A DNA stretch of 64,000 nt from assembly GCA_043228905.1 (NCBI GenBank), contig JBHGNT010000007.1, positions 11,470,001 through 11,534,000 on the forward strand, read 5' to 3'. A program made the translations under genes and the position numbers. The stretch comes from Azolla caroliniana (taxonomy: Eukaryota > Plantae > Polypodiophyta). Shown piece after piece: positions 24,511 through 35,645 of the stretch. Position 1 is the stretch's first letter, and each line of letters starts with the position of its first letter. The notes below the pieces were generated by a model. The model saw only the letters and a program-made list of their open reading frames with translations, searched no databases and was not told the origin of the DNA.

Positions 24511-26358
24511 TCTAGTCGGGTCGCATTGTAATCGGTAGGCTATTAGAGGTTTACGAATCTAGCCTAGTACGTAGCCATATGGGAGTCAATGTCAGTCGCT
24601 CGTATGAGCATTGAAGTACATGTCAGTACTTCAATCAATACATTTATGGACTTGTATAAAAGTGCCCATTGAGCACATTATATGTACAAAGTATTATTAT
24701 TTTGAAATTGGGTTTTATTTTCTGCTCTGTCATTTTCTCTCCCGTGTATTGTGTATTCTCAAGCTTCCATTATGCCTTCATTTCTGTTTACTGTTGTTAT
24801 CTAGCTAAGCCGGTTTGTCTATAAGCTTTCGCACACAATTCTTGACATGGTATTAGAGCGCGAGGGTTGAGAACCTCTATTGTCGACAACTACTTGAAAT
24901 AGACAAAGCCTAATAACCAGTAAAGAACAGAAGAGAGAAGAAACATATGGACAGAAGCATGGCGAACTCGATTCCTACAAAAAACCTAGACTAGAGCGAC
25001 TATGCGTCCTGGTCGTATAAAAAGCACGAGTACCTGCTTGGGCATGGATATTGGTGCTATGTGGAAGGAGCAAATGTAGCAGCGCCGGATTCGACACATA
25101 AGGACTTCCCGGCATGGTAGCAAAGCGCGAGTAGTGTGTTGTATTGCCTTGCTTCCTGTGTAAATGACCAGATGCTCGGCTACATCAGAGGTGCAAAGTT
25201 GCTGAAGGAGGCCTGGGAAAATCCCTAGAAGGTTTTCTCTACAAGTACCACGCCTCAGAAGTTGCAGCTCCTCCAAGAGCTCAACAATATCCGGCAATGA
25301 AACATGATGGTTACTGATTGCACCACCAATTTCAAGGAGATCTGTGAGGTGCTCGGGTTCATCAACGTGATAGTGGATGAAGACGAGATGGTTCAGATCT
25401 GCCTCGGTCTGGCACATCGGTACGGGCCAATCTAGATAGTGATTTGAACCTAGGAGAAGCCACCATCCTTCGACCTGCTATCAATATTGATCGTCCAAGA
25501 AAACCACGCGAGTGGGTCGATGACCACTCAATTGGATAGTGGAATGTTGTAGACGGAGGCGGATCAACCCCAGCAGTTCCGGATCCTCCACGAGCAGGAG
25601 GAGTCAAAATGGTGCCGAAAATTGGCAATTGAAGGCCAAAACAAAATGTTGGTATTGTGGCAAAAAAGGTCACCGAGAAAGCGAGTGCTCGAAGAAGTGT
25701 GCTGATTCGGATAAATCTGGATTCAGCATTACCGAACAAGGAAGCCGACAAAGCTCACACAATGTAGAAGGACGGAAGGATCCGGAACCGGAAAGACTGG
25801 AAAAGGGCCAGCCTTTGTGATGAGACACAAGGCAAACTCGATGAAAAAGACCACTTCTAGATCAGAGGAAGTGTGGTACGTTGACTCCGGAGCATCAAAC
25901 CACATGACGAGCTATGAAGAGTGGTTCCGTTTCTATAGAAGCCGGAGCAACCAGGAGTTGTCGAAACCACACTCCTTACCCGATCGTGCATGTCGGAGAA
26001 TTCCCCTTGAGTCATGTCCGACAAAAAGGGAAGCTTATGAAAGTGCTTCACATCTCGACAATCATGAAGAACCTAGTGATGGTCAGACAGATTGTCGACC
26101 AGGGGATGCAATTGCGATTTACGCATCTCTGGTGCTTCATTGAGGAAGAGGGACGTACCATTGCACAAGGACGTTGGGATGAGAGGATGTTCATCATCGA
26201 CACCAATGATGTCGGCACTGATTTGTTCACAAAAGGACAGAAGGTTTCAAAACCTACAGACGAAACAATTTGTGTTCGGACTTCCGAAATTTAGTGGCCG
26301 GAAGGCCCAAATTTTTGAAGCTTGCCAACTTGGGAAGCAACATTGGCTTCCGTTCCCC
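24511..26358 (+). mobile_element. Second Bryco-like remnant: partial LTR to 24847, PBS 24848, decayed gag-protease-pre-integrase
   Basis: TGGTATTAGAGC; CWYCGKKGHRESEC; WYVDSGASNHM; EACQLGKQH; many stops. Confidence 0.88.
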
Positions 26359-26504
26359 TGAGCGTACCAACCAAAATTTGGAGCAATATATTCGTTGTTT
26401 CGTAACCTACCAACATTGGGTTGATTTTTTGCACTTGGCTGAATTCGCTTACAGCAACTCAGTCCATTCTTTTATAGGATATTCCCCATTTTTCACAAAT
26501 ACGG
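26359..26504 (+). mobile_element. Short chromovirus-like gypsy integrase fragment
   Basis: [39 protein letters not shown]. Confidence 0.75.
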
Positions 26505-28655
26505 TGTCGTGGAGATTCACTGCCACAGTGAGAAAACCGGGTGGAATGAGCAAAGTCGGCAATGCGCACCGTGTGCACATGTACATTAGAAAATGTGTAT
26601 AAAATAACAAGGGGATATTTATCCCACATTGTAACGTCCTTCCCTCCTTGGACTATAAAAGGAGAGGAATGGGGTCTTATGAGGGATTGCCCATTTTGAA
26701 TTAGGAGGGTATACCACTTAGGTCGAAGGTATGTTAGTTTTCTATTCTTCTTACTTTACGGTTTCTGTTAGGTCTTCTTCGTGTCTGTTTAGGGTTTAGT
26801 CTAGTTGAGAGCTCGCATGTACTAGTGGTTTCGTTTTTGCTCTATCACCTATGCAAGATCCCACTCGGCACAACGAGCCTGAGAGCTCCCCGACTGGCGG
26901 CTTCGCAGCAGGCAACTGTTGTAACCCAATCTAACTAGGTCTGGCTCGGAGTTGGAGATGTATCTTGTTGTCTTGTAAATACATATATAAAAGGTTGTGC
27001 ATATTTGTGTCTCTGTTGGTGTCGGGTGCGTTTCTTTCTTTCCGTTTCCTGTACATAAGAGGCATGTGTTGAGTCGGTGTTGCGCGCGTATTCTTCTGGC
27101 GGGTCCTAGTGAACCAGAGGTATGTGGAAGTAAAGGGGCTTCGAGAAGCTCATAATTCGTGGGAGGCCTTCGAAGGGGCGATCCAGCAGGCGTACGGATG
27201 ATGACCAAAAAACAGGGGGCAACACGACTTCGACCAATGGGTAACATTGACAAAGACCCACCGGGGCGCAAGGATGGCGTTCCAAGAGTTTGAGCGGGAA
27301 CAAAGACTGGTGGGGGTGGACAAAGTCCTGTTGTTCGTCAAGTCGATCGATTGAGCAGAACTGGAGGCGATGGGAATCGAGCTCAAAGATGACGACGGAG
27401 CGAAGGATCTTACCGAGGACCAGTCGAAAGTCGAACGAGTATGCCGACGGTTGGATGAGGAGCAGTTCGCGAAAGCAAAAGTGAAGATGACGCGTGACGA
27501 CACATCATCACAACAGGGAAAGGGCACGCATCGAGACGGAACGACGAATATTGATGTCGAGGCCTTGGTCCAGGAAGCGTATTAGGCTCTGAAGGTGATG
27601 GTCGAGGAAGAGGAGAGATCTGGCCGACGGTCGGATTCCGGAGACCCACAACTAGTCGGCCTTCCGGATGAGATGGACGTGGTCCATGTGGAGGCCGAAG
27701 GACGACACAACAGTACCACGGGAGAGGATGTGGAGCACGGAACCTTCTCGACCTGCGGATAAAGACCGATCAAGGATAAGGTCGGATTCGGGGAGATAAC
27801 GATTGCGGGTTTGGTAAGAGACCGACGGTTTTGGGCACCACTACCCGAAACTCCAGACACTAGAGAAGCAAGCCCAAGCGAGGCTTGCACGATCAAAGGA
27901 GAGATAACTTCCACCTACCCCACCAAGGAGTCGGTGGCTATGGACAAGTCGTAGGAGGGCGAACCCACATCCTTTCCAGAGACATCAACAGTTCCGCCAA
28001 CGTGGCAACGTGAGACCAGAGAGATGGAGGATGGTTGTGAGAATGCCCAAGACAATGACGACGACGAGTCGGAGGTCGAATGGAGAGATCTGTCCACACC
28101 GTTTTCGGAGACTTCGGCTAACATGGCAATGTGAGACGGGAGAGAAGGAGGGTGGCGTCGAGGCGACTCGGTTTGAGAGAAGTAAAAAAGGAAGACATGA
28201 AATGAAGGTCAGTCCTATGGGTCTCCTCACACAACCCAGAGACTATGACAGGCGACCCCGAGAGTCGACGTGAGACCGGAGAGATGGAAGGTGGTGGCAG
28301 GTGAACGGGATTCGACAATGCGTAGGAGTGTGGACAGAGCACTCCCTCCACACCGTATCCGGAGAGTTCGACAGTTCGGCCAATGTGGCAATGTAAGACC
28401 AGAGAAAAGGAAGGTGGTAGTGAGAGGACATGGCCCGAGGCCAGCGTGCGTGAATGGGAGGATGAGGCCGGCGATGCAGCCAAAGACAAAATCGGCTAAG
28501 ACCGATCCGAGCAAGTGACAAGTCGGCCTAGTCGGAGGTGGATGCAACAAGGGCTTTTAAGCCCAGACAAAGACGGATGCGGAGAAGAGCCCTCCACACC
28601 GATTCCGAAGACTTCGGTATTCAGGCCCGTGTGCCGATGTGAGACCAGAGAGATG
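26505..28655 (+). mobile_element. Gypsy-type LTR (TGTCGTG.., ~26505-27090) followed by decayed gag-like and repetitive internal sequence
   Basis: LTR core aggggatattt..ctataaaaggagag..ggtatacca is homologous to the reverse complement of solo LTR 59193-59879; degenerate ~125-bp repeats (gtgagaccagagagatgg) at 28010-28655. Confidence 0.7.
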
Positions 28656-28990
28656 GCCATATCACTCAAAAACCCAAACCCTAATTTTTCTTATCTAAGC
28701 CATATCACTCAAAAACCCAAACCCTAATTTTTCTTATCTAAGCCATATCACTCAAAAACCCAAACCCTAATTTTTCTTATTGAAGCCATATAACTAAAAA
28801 TCCCTAACCTCAATTTTCATTATCGAAGCCATATCACTAAAAGTCCCTAACCCTAATTTTCCTTATCAATTCCATATCACTAAAAATCTTTAACCCTAAT
28901 TTTTCTTATTGAAGCCATATCACTAAAATACCCTAACCCTAATTTTTCTTTTCCAAGCCATATCTCATAAACCCTAACCCAAATTTCTAA
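28656..28990. repeat. 43-bp minisatellite, about 8 units, each with a telomere-like ACCCTAA motif
   Basis: gccatatcactcaaaaacccaaaccctaatttttcttatctaa units start at 28656, 28699, 28742, 28785, 28828, 28871, 28914, 28957. Confidence 0.95.
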
Positions 28991-29319
28991 AAATATAAAT
29001 AAATCCACAAAACCCTATTTTGTTAATCTGTTAATCTTTGTAAGCCTAAAACTTCTATAATCCCAATCTTGGGATAGATTATAATTTTTCATTTCTTTGC
29101 TAATGAAAATTACCAAACTTTCTAATTTCGGTTAATTCATAGAACATAAATGCACGAATCTGGTATTCTCTAGTCGGAGGCCCCATGGTCCTGCCTCAAG
29201 TTCACGTATCTTTGTCGTATTTTCGCAACATCGTTCCCAAATTTTGGCGAATCTTCACATTTTTGTACAGAGGGGTTGAGACAGACTTACAATCCGCCAA
29301 AATTAAAACTTAAAGACCA

Positions 29320-29704
29320 TATTCAACACATAATGACGTTGACTGATCGATATGCCTACAGGGGTTCAAATCACTTCGATCCTAAGGATGTAATGAAGGC
29401 TCCCCAGATCCTTCATTTCGAATGATGCTGAAAGCTGAGACTTTACTTGGCCAATTTCTTTGAGGTCGGCGTCAGCGATGACTAGATCATCGACATATAG
29501 CAGAATGCTAATTGGCCTGGTCCGACTCGTCTGAAGGAGCAATGAAGATTCCGATTTTGACGAAGCAAACCCCATCTTACCTAATTGTTGCATGATCTTT
29601 GCGTTCCAAGAATGTGGGGTTTTCTTGAGTCCATACAATGAGTTCTTCAATCGGCAAACTGCTTATGTGTTCTGTTCAGATAGAAATTCGGGGAGTTGTA
29701 CCAT
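29320..29704 (-). mobile_element. Bryco-like RT fragment
   Basis: ORF 29366-29650 SLYGLKK..ILLYVDDLVI..FEMKDLG. Confidence 0.88.
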
Positions 29705-29914
29705 TGTTGACATACAAGCTCAACATTGGGTGTGTAAACCAGTGTGTAGACTGGGTGCATAAACCGGGTGCGCAACGAGAGGTCGTAGCGGTGCGTAAAC
29801 CGGGAGGCTGTTGGATAGATATTCCGCGGAGGAATATATTTTGGGAGTTAATGTAGGGTCTCATTGATAAGCATTGAAGTACGAGTCAGTACTTCTGTTA
29901 GTCCATATGGACTT
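29705..29914 (+). repeat. 5' part of a Bryco-like LTR, interrupted by another LTR of the same family
   Basis: TGTTGACATACAAGCTCAAC start; gatattccgcggaggaatatatt..gagcattgaagtac-like motifs shared with 39611-39996. Confidence 0.8.
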
Positions 29915-31128
29915 TGTTGAGCGAGCAAGCTCAATCGGATCTGGATCGGCTGAATAAGCCAGAGCTGGATCGGTATCCGGAACGGAGAACCGGATCGGTG
30001 TCCGGATGAGATCCGAAACCAGGAGCCAGGTTGGATTGAAACCGGTAAGCCATTAGAGACATACGGATCCAGTCTAGTACGTAGGCATATTTCTGGGAGT
30101 CAGTGACAGTCGTTCATGTGTGCATTGAAGTACTTGTCAATACTTGTGTTAGTCCTTTATGGACTTGTATAAAAGTGCTCTCTCAACACATTCTATGTAT
30201 AGAACATAGAGTAGTATTTTTTGAATAGAGTTGATGTTCTGCTCTGTCTGTCTCTCCCGTGCATATTCTCTGTGTTTAGCTTCCATTGAACCTTTCTCTC
30301 TACTGTTGCTATCTGGTACAACCGGTTTGTGATACGTTTCCACACGATTACATTCACATGGTATCAGAGCGCGAGGGTTGAGAACCTCTACAGCCAACGG
30401 GCAACTAGTGAAGACAAACCTTAACACCCGGTGAAGAACATAAGAGAACCTAAGATGGATAGAGGAATGGCAAGTTCACTTCCGACGGAAAACCTTGACC
30501 GGAGCAACTATGCATCTTGGTCATATAAAATGCACTAGTACCTACCGAGGCATGGATATTGGAGCTATGTGGAAGGAATCAACGAGGTAGCACTGGAGCT
30601 GGCACACAAAGACATCTTGGCATGGGAGCAAGGAGTGAGTCGAGTATTGTACTGCCTCACGTCCGGTGTGTACAATCATATGCTCGGCTACATTAAGGAT
30701 GCAAAAACGCCAAAAGAGGCGTGGGAAAATCTTTGGAAATTTTTTGCCGTGAGTACCACAACCTGTAAGTTGCAGCTCCGACATGAGTTGAACAACATCC
30801 GGCAAAGAGATATGTCAATTACAGACTACACCACTAAGATAAAGGAGATTTGTGACACGCTCGGGTCCATTAATGTGATGATGGACGAAGAGAAGATGGT
30901 CCAGATCTATCTCAGTGGTCTCGCACAACGGTATGGGCCAATTCGGACGGTAATTTGCACCCGAGAGAAACCACCATCCTTCTTCTACTTACAATCAATG
31001 TTGATGATCGAAAAAAACCACGGGAGTGGGTCGAGGACCACTCAATCGGACAGTTGGATGCTGTACACGGAGGCGGATCGACCCCGTGGGCATGGAGGAC
31101 GAGGTGGGTCGGCACGCAATGGAGGTAA

Positions 31129-32351
31129 CGGACAACAGAAGAACTATTGTCCGCTACCGGCGGTCCGTCGCTAACGTCTGTAAGGTTTGTAGCGACACTC
31201 ACCGCGGGTATGCTTGTCACCCATTCTTCCATGGTTTGGCGGAAGCATGTGACTAGCTGCAGTAGTTTCTCCATTGTTAACGTTATCTCACAACCCCCTA
31301 ACACCTGCCAAATGGGGTCCGGGACCGGTCTTTCGTCCTCTGCTCGCTCCATTGTGTTCGCGGACTCCTTCCGCATGTGTTCCGTATTTGTCGCGTTTGG
31401 TTTTTCCACCCATGCTTGGGCTTGTCAGTGTATCTCGTCTTGCGTAGCCCAATCAGCCCTTTTTGTTTGCTGGCGTGTCGTGACTTGCTGCACTTCCGCC
31501 GTAATCGTATTGACAACGGGCCCCTTTCCCTTGCATGTTGGGCATTGCGTGGCATAATGTCTGGGCTGCTGACAAATAAAACAATGGATGCTTGATTCAC
31601 CTTTCTCAGCTCCTGGTGGTGTGTGCTGCACCCCTGGTGCTACTTGCTCCTCGCGGTCCGGCCTCGTTTGTCGGAACGTACGCGGTGGTTGCTGTTGGTC
31701 CCGTCGTTGTTCCTGGTGTCGCTCATCTCCCGAGCTTTCGTCGTAACGCCGGTGATCTCGATATTGCCGTGGCTTACCACGATAACCATTGAAGCCGCCC
31801 TGTTTGTTTGTCGGCCGGTGATTCTCGTAGCACCGACCCCCTTTAGCATAACTCGGATATCCACGATAATCCTTGTCCTCTGGTTCGTCCTCCTCGGAAT
31901 CGTTGTGATTTCGGCGATTCCGGTGGTGCCGGTTATCTTGTGGGTTGCGATCCCTATACCGTGGTCGGTCTTCTTGCCTCCTTTGTTCAGTCTGGTGTGG
32001 TGGATGCTGGGTGTCCATGCTGCGGACTGCAGGAGTGGCTCTGTTCAACATATTGTATTCGCATTGGTCGACTGTGTGAGCCTTCGAGTGGCAGATTGGG
32101 CAGTGGATTCGCATATTGCACTCCACTGCGGAATGCCCCGAGTTCAAGAAAATCGTGCACTAGATTGCTTGACGAAATTGGCGTTCCTCGTCCTGGGGTA
32201 ACACTTGTCATAAGGAGGACATAGAAAACCTTTCCTCCTCGTCGTCCAACTCGAGTTGTAACGCTCGTTCAATGACCATATCCGCCGTTTCCCCTTTCAC
32301 GCTATTGTTGGTGAGCGTTGCCCAGATGGGTCGGCGTAATGCTGCTAGAAA
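31129..32351 (-). pseudogene. Gypsy gag C-terminal part with Zn knuckles
   Basis: CPICHSKAHTVDQC and CFICQQPRHYATQC in ORF 31425-32147; continues in 30912-31409 up to just before the protease. Confidence 0.85.
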
Positions 32352-33917
32352 TGTTTCTCCATTCTCGAGTCTGCTCAAAAAATCAGCCACTGCATATTGC
32401 GTCCTTAGTCGGTGCTGGATTACGAAATCGAATTCCTGGAGTAGCAGCATCCACTGCACCAATTTCCCTGTTAGGGCTTGTTTCTGCACCAAATACAACA
32501 GCGCCTAATGATCCACGTGGAATGTGAATTTCCTTCCTAATAAATAATGCCGGAATTTATTGATGCTATAGAACCTCCCACTCCGTTGTGGAATAGTTAC
32601 GCTCTGTTGTTGATAATTTGCGACTAGCGTAGTATACTACCCGGTACCACTTTGGTTCGGTGAGCTGCATTAGTGCACTTCTTGTTGCTATGTCCAAGGC
32701 GTTGACGAACACGTGGAATGGCTTCGCCCAAACTGGTGGTTGTACAACGGGAGCCTGTGTAAGCATTATCTTAAGTGCCTCATAGGCCTTATCCTCCGTT
32801 GCAGTCCATTAGAAAGGAGTCCGATGTACGACAGCATGTAACGGCATGGCGAAGTCCGCCAAATACCGTATCATCCGACTATGCCACCATATTTGTCCTA
32901 AAAATTGGCTGAGCGATTTGGCATTTGTCAGAGTTTTGGCTGGCGTAATCGCGGAGATCTTGTTCGGATCAACCGCTATTCCCTCCTTGCTGACTATATA
33001 GCCCAGGAGAGTCCCGCTGATCACGCCGAAAGCACATTTCGCGGGATTCAGGCTTAAGCGTGCGGTGCGGCAACGTTCCAGGCACAGTTGTAAGTGCGTA
33101 AAATGGTCTATTGTTCTCCCATATACCGCAAACTCATCTAAAAAAACTTGCATGAACGCCGGAATGTATTCCCCAAAGATCTCTGTAATTGTTCGTTCAA
33201 ATGTTGCCGGCGTTGTCTTTAGCCCGAACATCATGACGACTGCCACATATACTCCCCAGTCCATGACAAATGCCGTCTTTTCTTGGTCCTCGGGATGCAT
33301 GCGTACCTGGTTATAGCCACTGAAGCCATCTAAAAAACTATACATCTCATGACCTACGATGGCTTCCAATATGCTATCGGTGAAGGGTAAGGGAAATGTG
33401 TCTGTAATGGTTACGACGTTTAATTTTCGGTAATCTATGCATACCTGTAATTTGCCGTTTTTCTTTGAAACGACCACTATCGGGCTTAACCATGTCGCTT
33501 GTTTAACTGGTCGTATGAAACCCGCCTTTAGGAGCTTGTCAATTTCTTCTTTCACGCGGGTCGCGTAGTTCGGGTTCATGCGGTAGCGGCGTTGCTGGAC
33601 GGGTTTGGCGTCGGTTGCTAAATTGATCTTATGCTGATAGAACTTGGGATCTAACCCCTTAATGTCCTCGTGAGCCTAAGTAAACACATCCTTATATTCC
33701 GTGAGTAGTGCGATCATTGTGTTTCGCTGGTCCGGCCTTAATTCCTTTGCGATGGAGAGGAAACGGAGCTCCGATTCCGTATCAACATTTACTTCTTCCA
33801 GGGCGGAAGCGGTGACTCGTCGTGAAATCTCCATTTCCCTTTCGAATGCCGCCCGTGCTCTGCTGAGTTCCAATATGGACTCTGGGTTTGGTTCGTAAGC
33901 CTCGTCGTGGAGAAACA
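32352..33917 (-). pseudogene. Gypsy RT and RNase H (inverted relative to integrase)
   Basis: EEIDKLLKAGFI, CIDYRKLN, FLDGFSGYNQ, MMFGLK, VFLDEF; YYASRKLS..ERNYSTTE; WMLLLQEFDF..ADFLSRL. Confidence 0.93.
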
Positions 33918-35318
33918 GTACAAAAAGATGACGACGATTTTCCGGACGTTGATATCCTGCGGGTAGTAGCACTAGTAGAAAGAACGGAATCGACCTTTCC
34001 GGACCAGTGGCTTATGAAAATGACGTACTTTTTGACTATGGGACTGCCTCCACCACAATTACACACGGACAAGAAGAAACGACTAGCCGTCCGAAGCCGT
34101 CACTTCTGCCTCGTCGAAGGCGTTTTATATCACAAAGGAAGTGACGACATTTGGCGACGTGGGGTACGTCAAGATGAGAAGGAAGCAGTTTTACGGGAGG
34201 CACACTGCGGCATGGCAAGCGGCCATTACGCGGGTGATGTTACAGCCCGGGAAGTATGGCAGGCCGGCTTATGGTGGCCAACAACGCAGAAGGACGCATA
34301 CGAGTATTCTAGAAAGTGTGATTTGTGTCAACGGATGGGCCAACCCGCGGAGGGCGAAAGGATGCCACACCAGCCCGTATTACCGCTAGACGCCTTCCAA
34401 AAGTGGGGATTGGATTTTGTGGGCCCCTTCACACCGGCGGCAGCCCATACAGGCAATAAATACATATTGGTAGCCACGGATTATTGCACCAAGTGGGTAG
34501 AAGCAAAGGCACTACGGGAAAATACGGTGGCCGTCACAGCCAGATTCCTTTACGAGCACATATGGTGCCGGTTCGGCTGTCCGATATCACTCATCAGTGA
34601 CCAGGGGAGTCACTTTCTCAATACGGTTGTTCGGGAACTAACACATCATTACGCCGTAGTCCATAAGAAGAGTACGCCATATTATCCGCAGGCGAATGGA
34701 TTAGCAGAATCCATCAACAAGATGTTGCAGAGCATTTTGAAGAAAATTGTCAATAAAAATAGAACGGACTGGGATACTAAATTACAGAGTGCATTATGGG
34801 CGTACAGAACCAGCTACAGAACAAGCATACAGTCAACACCGTTTCGACTAGCGTTTGGGCTGGAGGCTGTGATGTTAGTCGAATTTCAGGTACCCAGTTT
34901 GCGAATTCAGGTACGAAACCGACTATCAAAAGCCAAGTCGGAGGAGGTACAACTCCACCAACTCCTCGAACTCGGGGAAAAATGCGTACATAGCATGGCT
35001 GTGTGAGAGCAGGAACAACGACGACGTAAAGCGTTTGTGGATCGACATCGGAACGTAAGGGAAAAGGAGTTCGCCGTGGGTCAAGTGGTGCTGGTTTTCC
35101 AAACTCGCATGGGCCATATGCCAGGGAAGTTACGATTCCGCTGGACCGGCCCATACTGGATAATTGGAGCGGAACAAGGCAAGTTCCAACTAGGTGCGCT
35201 GGCCAGGGAAGTAATACGGCAAAAGGTGAATGGGTTTCGGCTCAAACCTTACCTGGGCCCTATGCCACCTAACCCATTCACCGTCGAACAAGACAGAGCC
35301 GGAGAACCTGCAACGTAA
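33908..35318 (+). pseudogene. Gypsy integrase with one in-frame stop (35004-35006)
   Basis: HHCC (EAHCG..GHYAG..CDLCQR), KWGLDFVGP, SDQGSHF, YPQANGLAE, GPY module (RWTGPY). Confidence 0.93.
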
Positions 35319-35645
35319 ATGGACGACCCCACTTGTACCATAATGTAAAAATAGGTTGTAGAAAAAAAAAAGAAACAAAAAGAAGGAGAAGATATCGACT
35401 ATTAAAACGACTAAAGGCATGCACAAACTCCTAGTTCAAGAACACGCGACACCACGATGGCTCACCGCCCAATGAACCCTAAGCCACAAAAGGAAGGAAA
35501 TAGAAGATTTTCTGCACAAAACAGAAACCCATCTTCTAGCTATCAGCGCTCCCATCGCTCCTCCCCCTCACCTTCTCCTCCATCCTATCACAGAGCTTCA
35601 GCCCACCGCAACCACCAGTCTCCTTCCCATGAACCTCCTCTGGCG

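Noticed and set aside
28656-28990. True telomere or interstitial telomeric tract
   Set aside because: No run of consecutive CCCTAAA heptamers; the motif is embedded in a 43-bp unit
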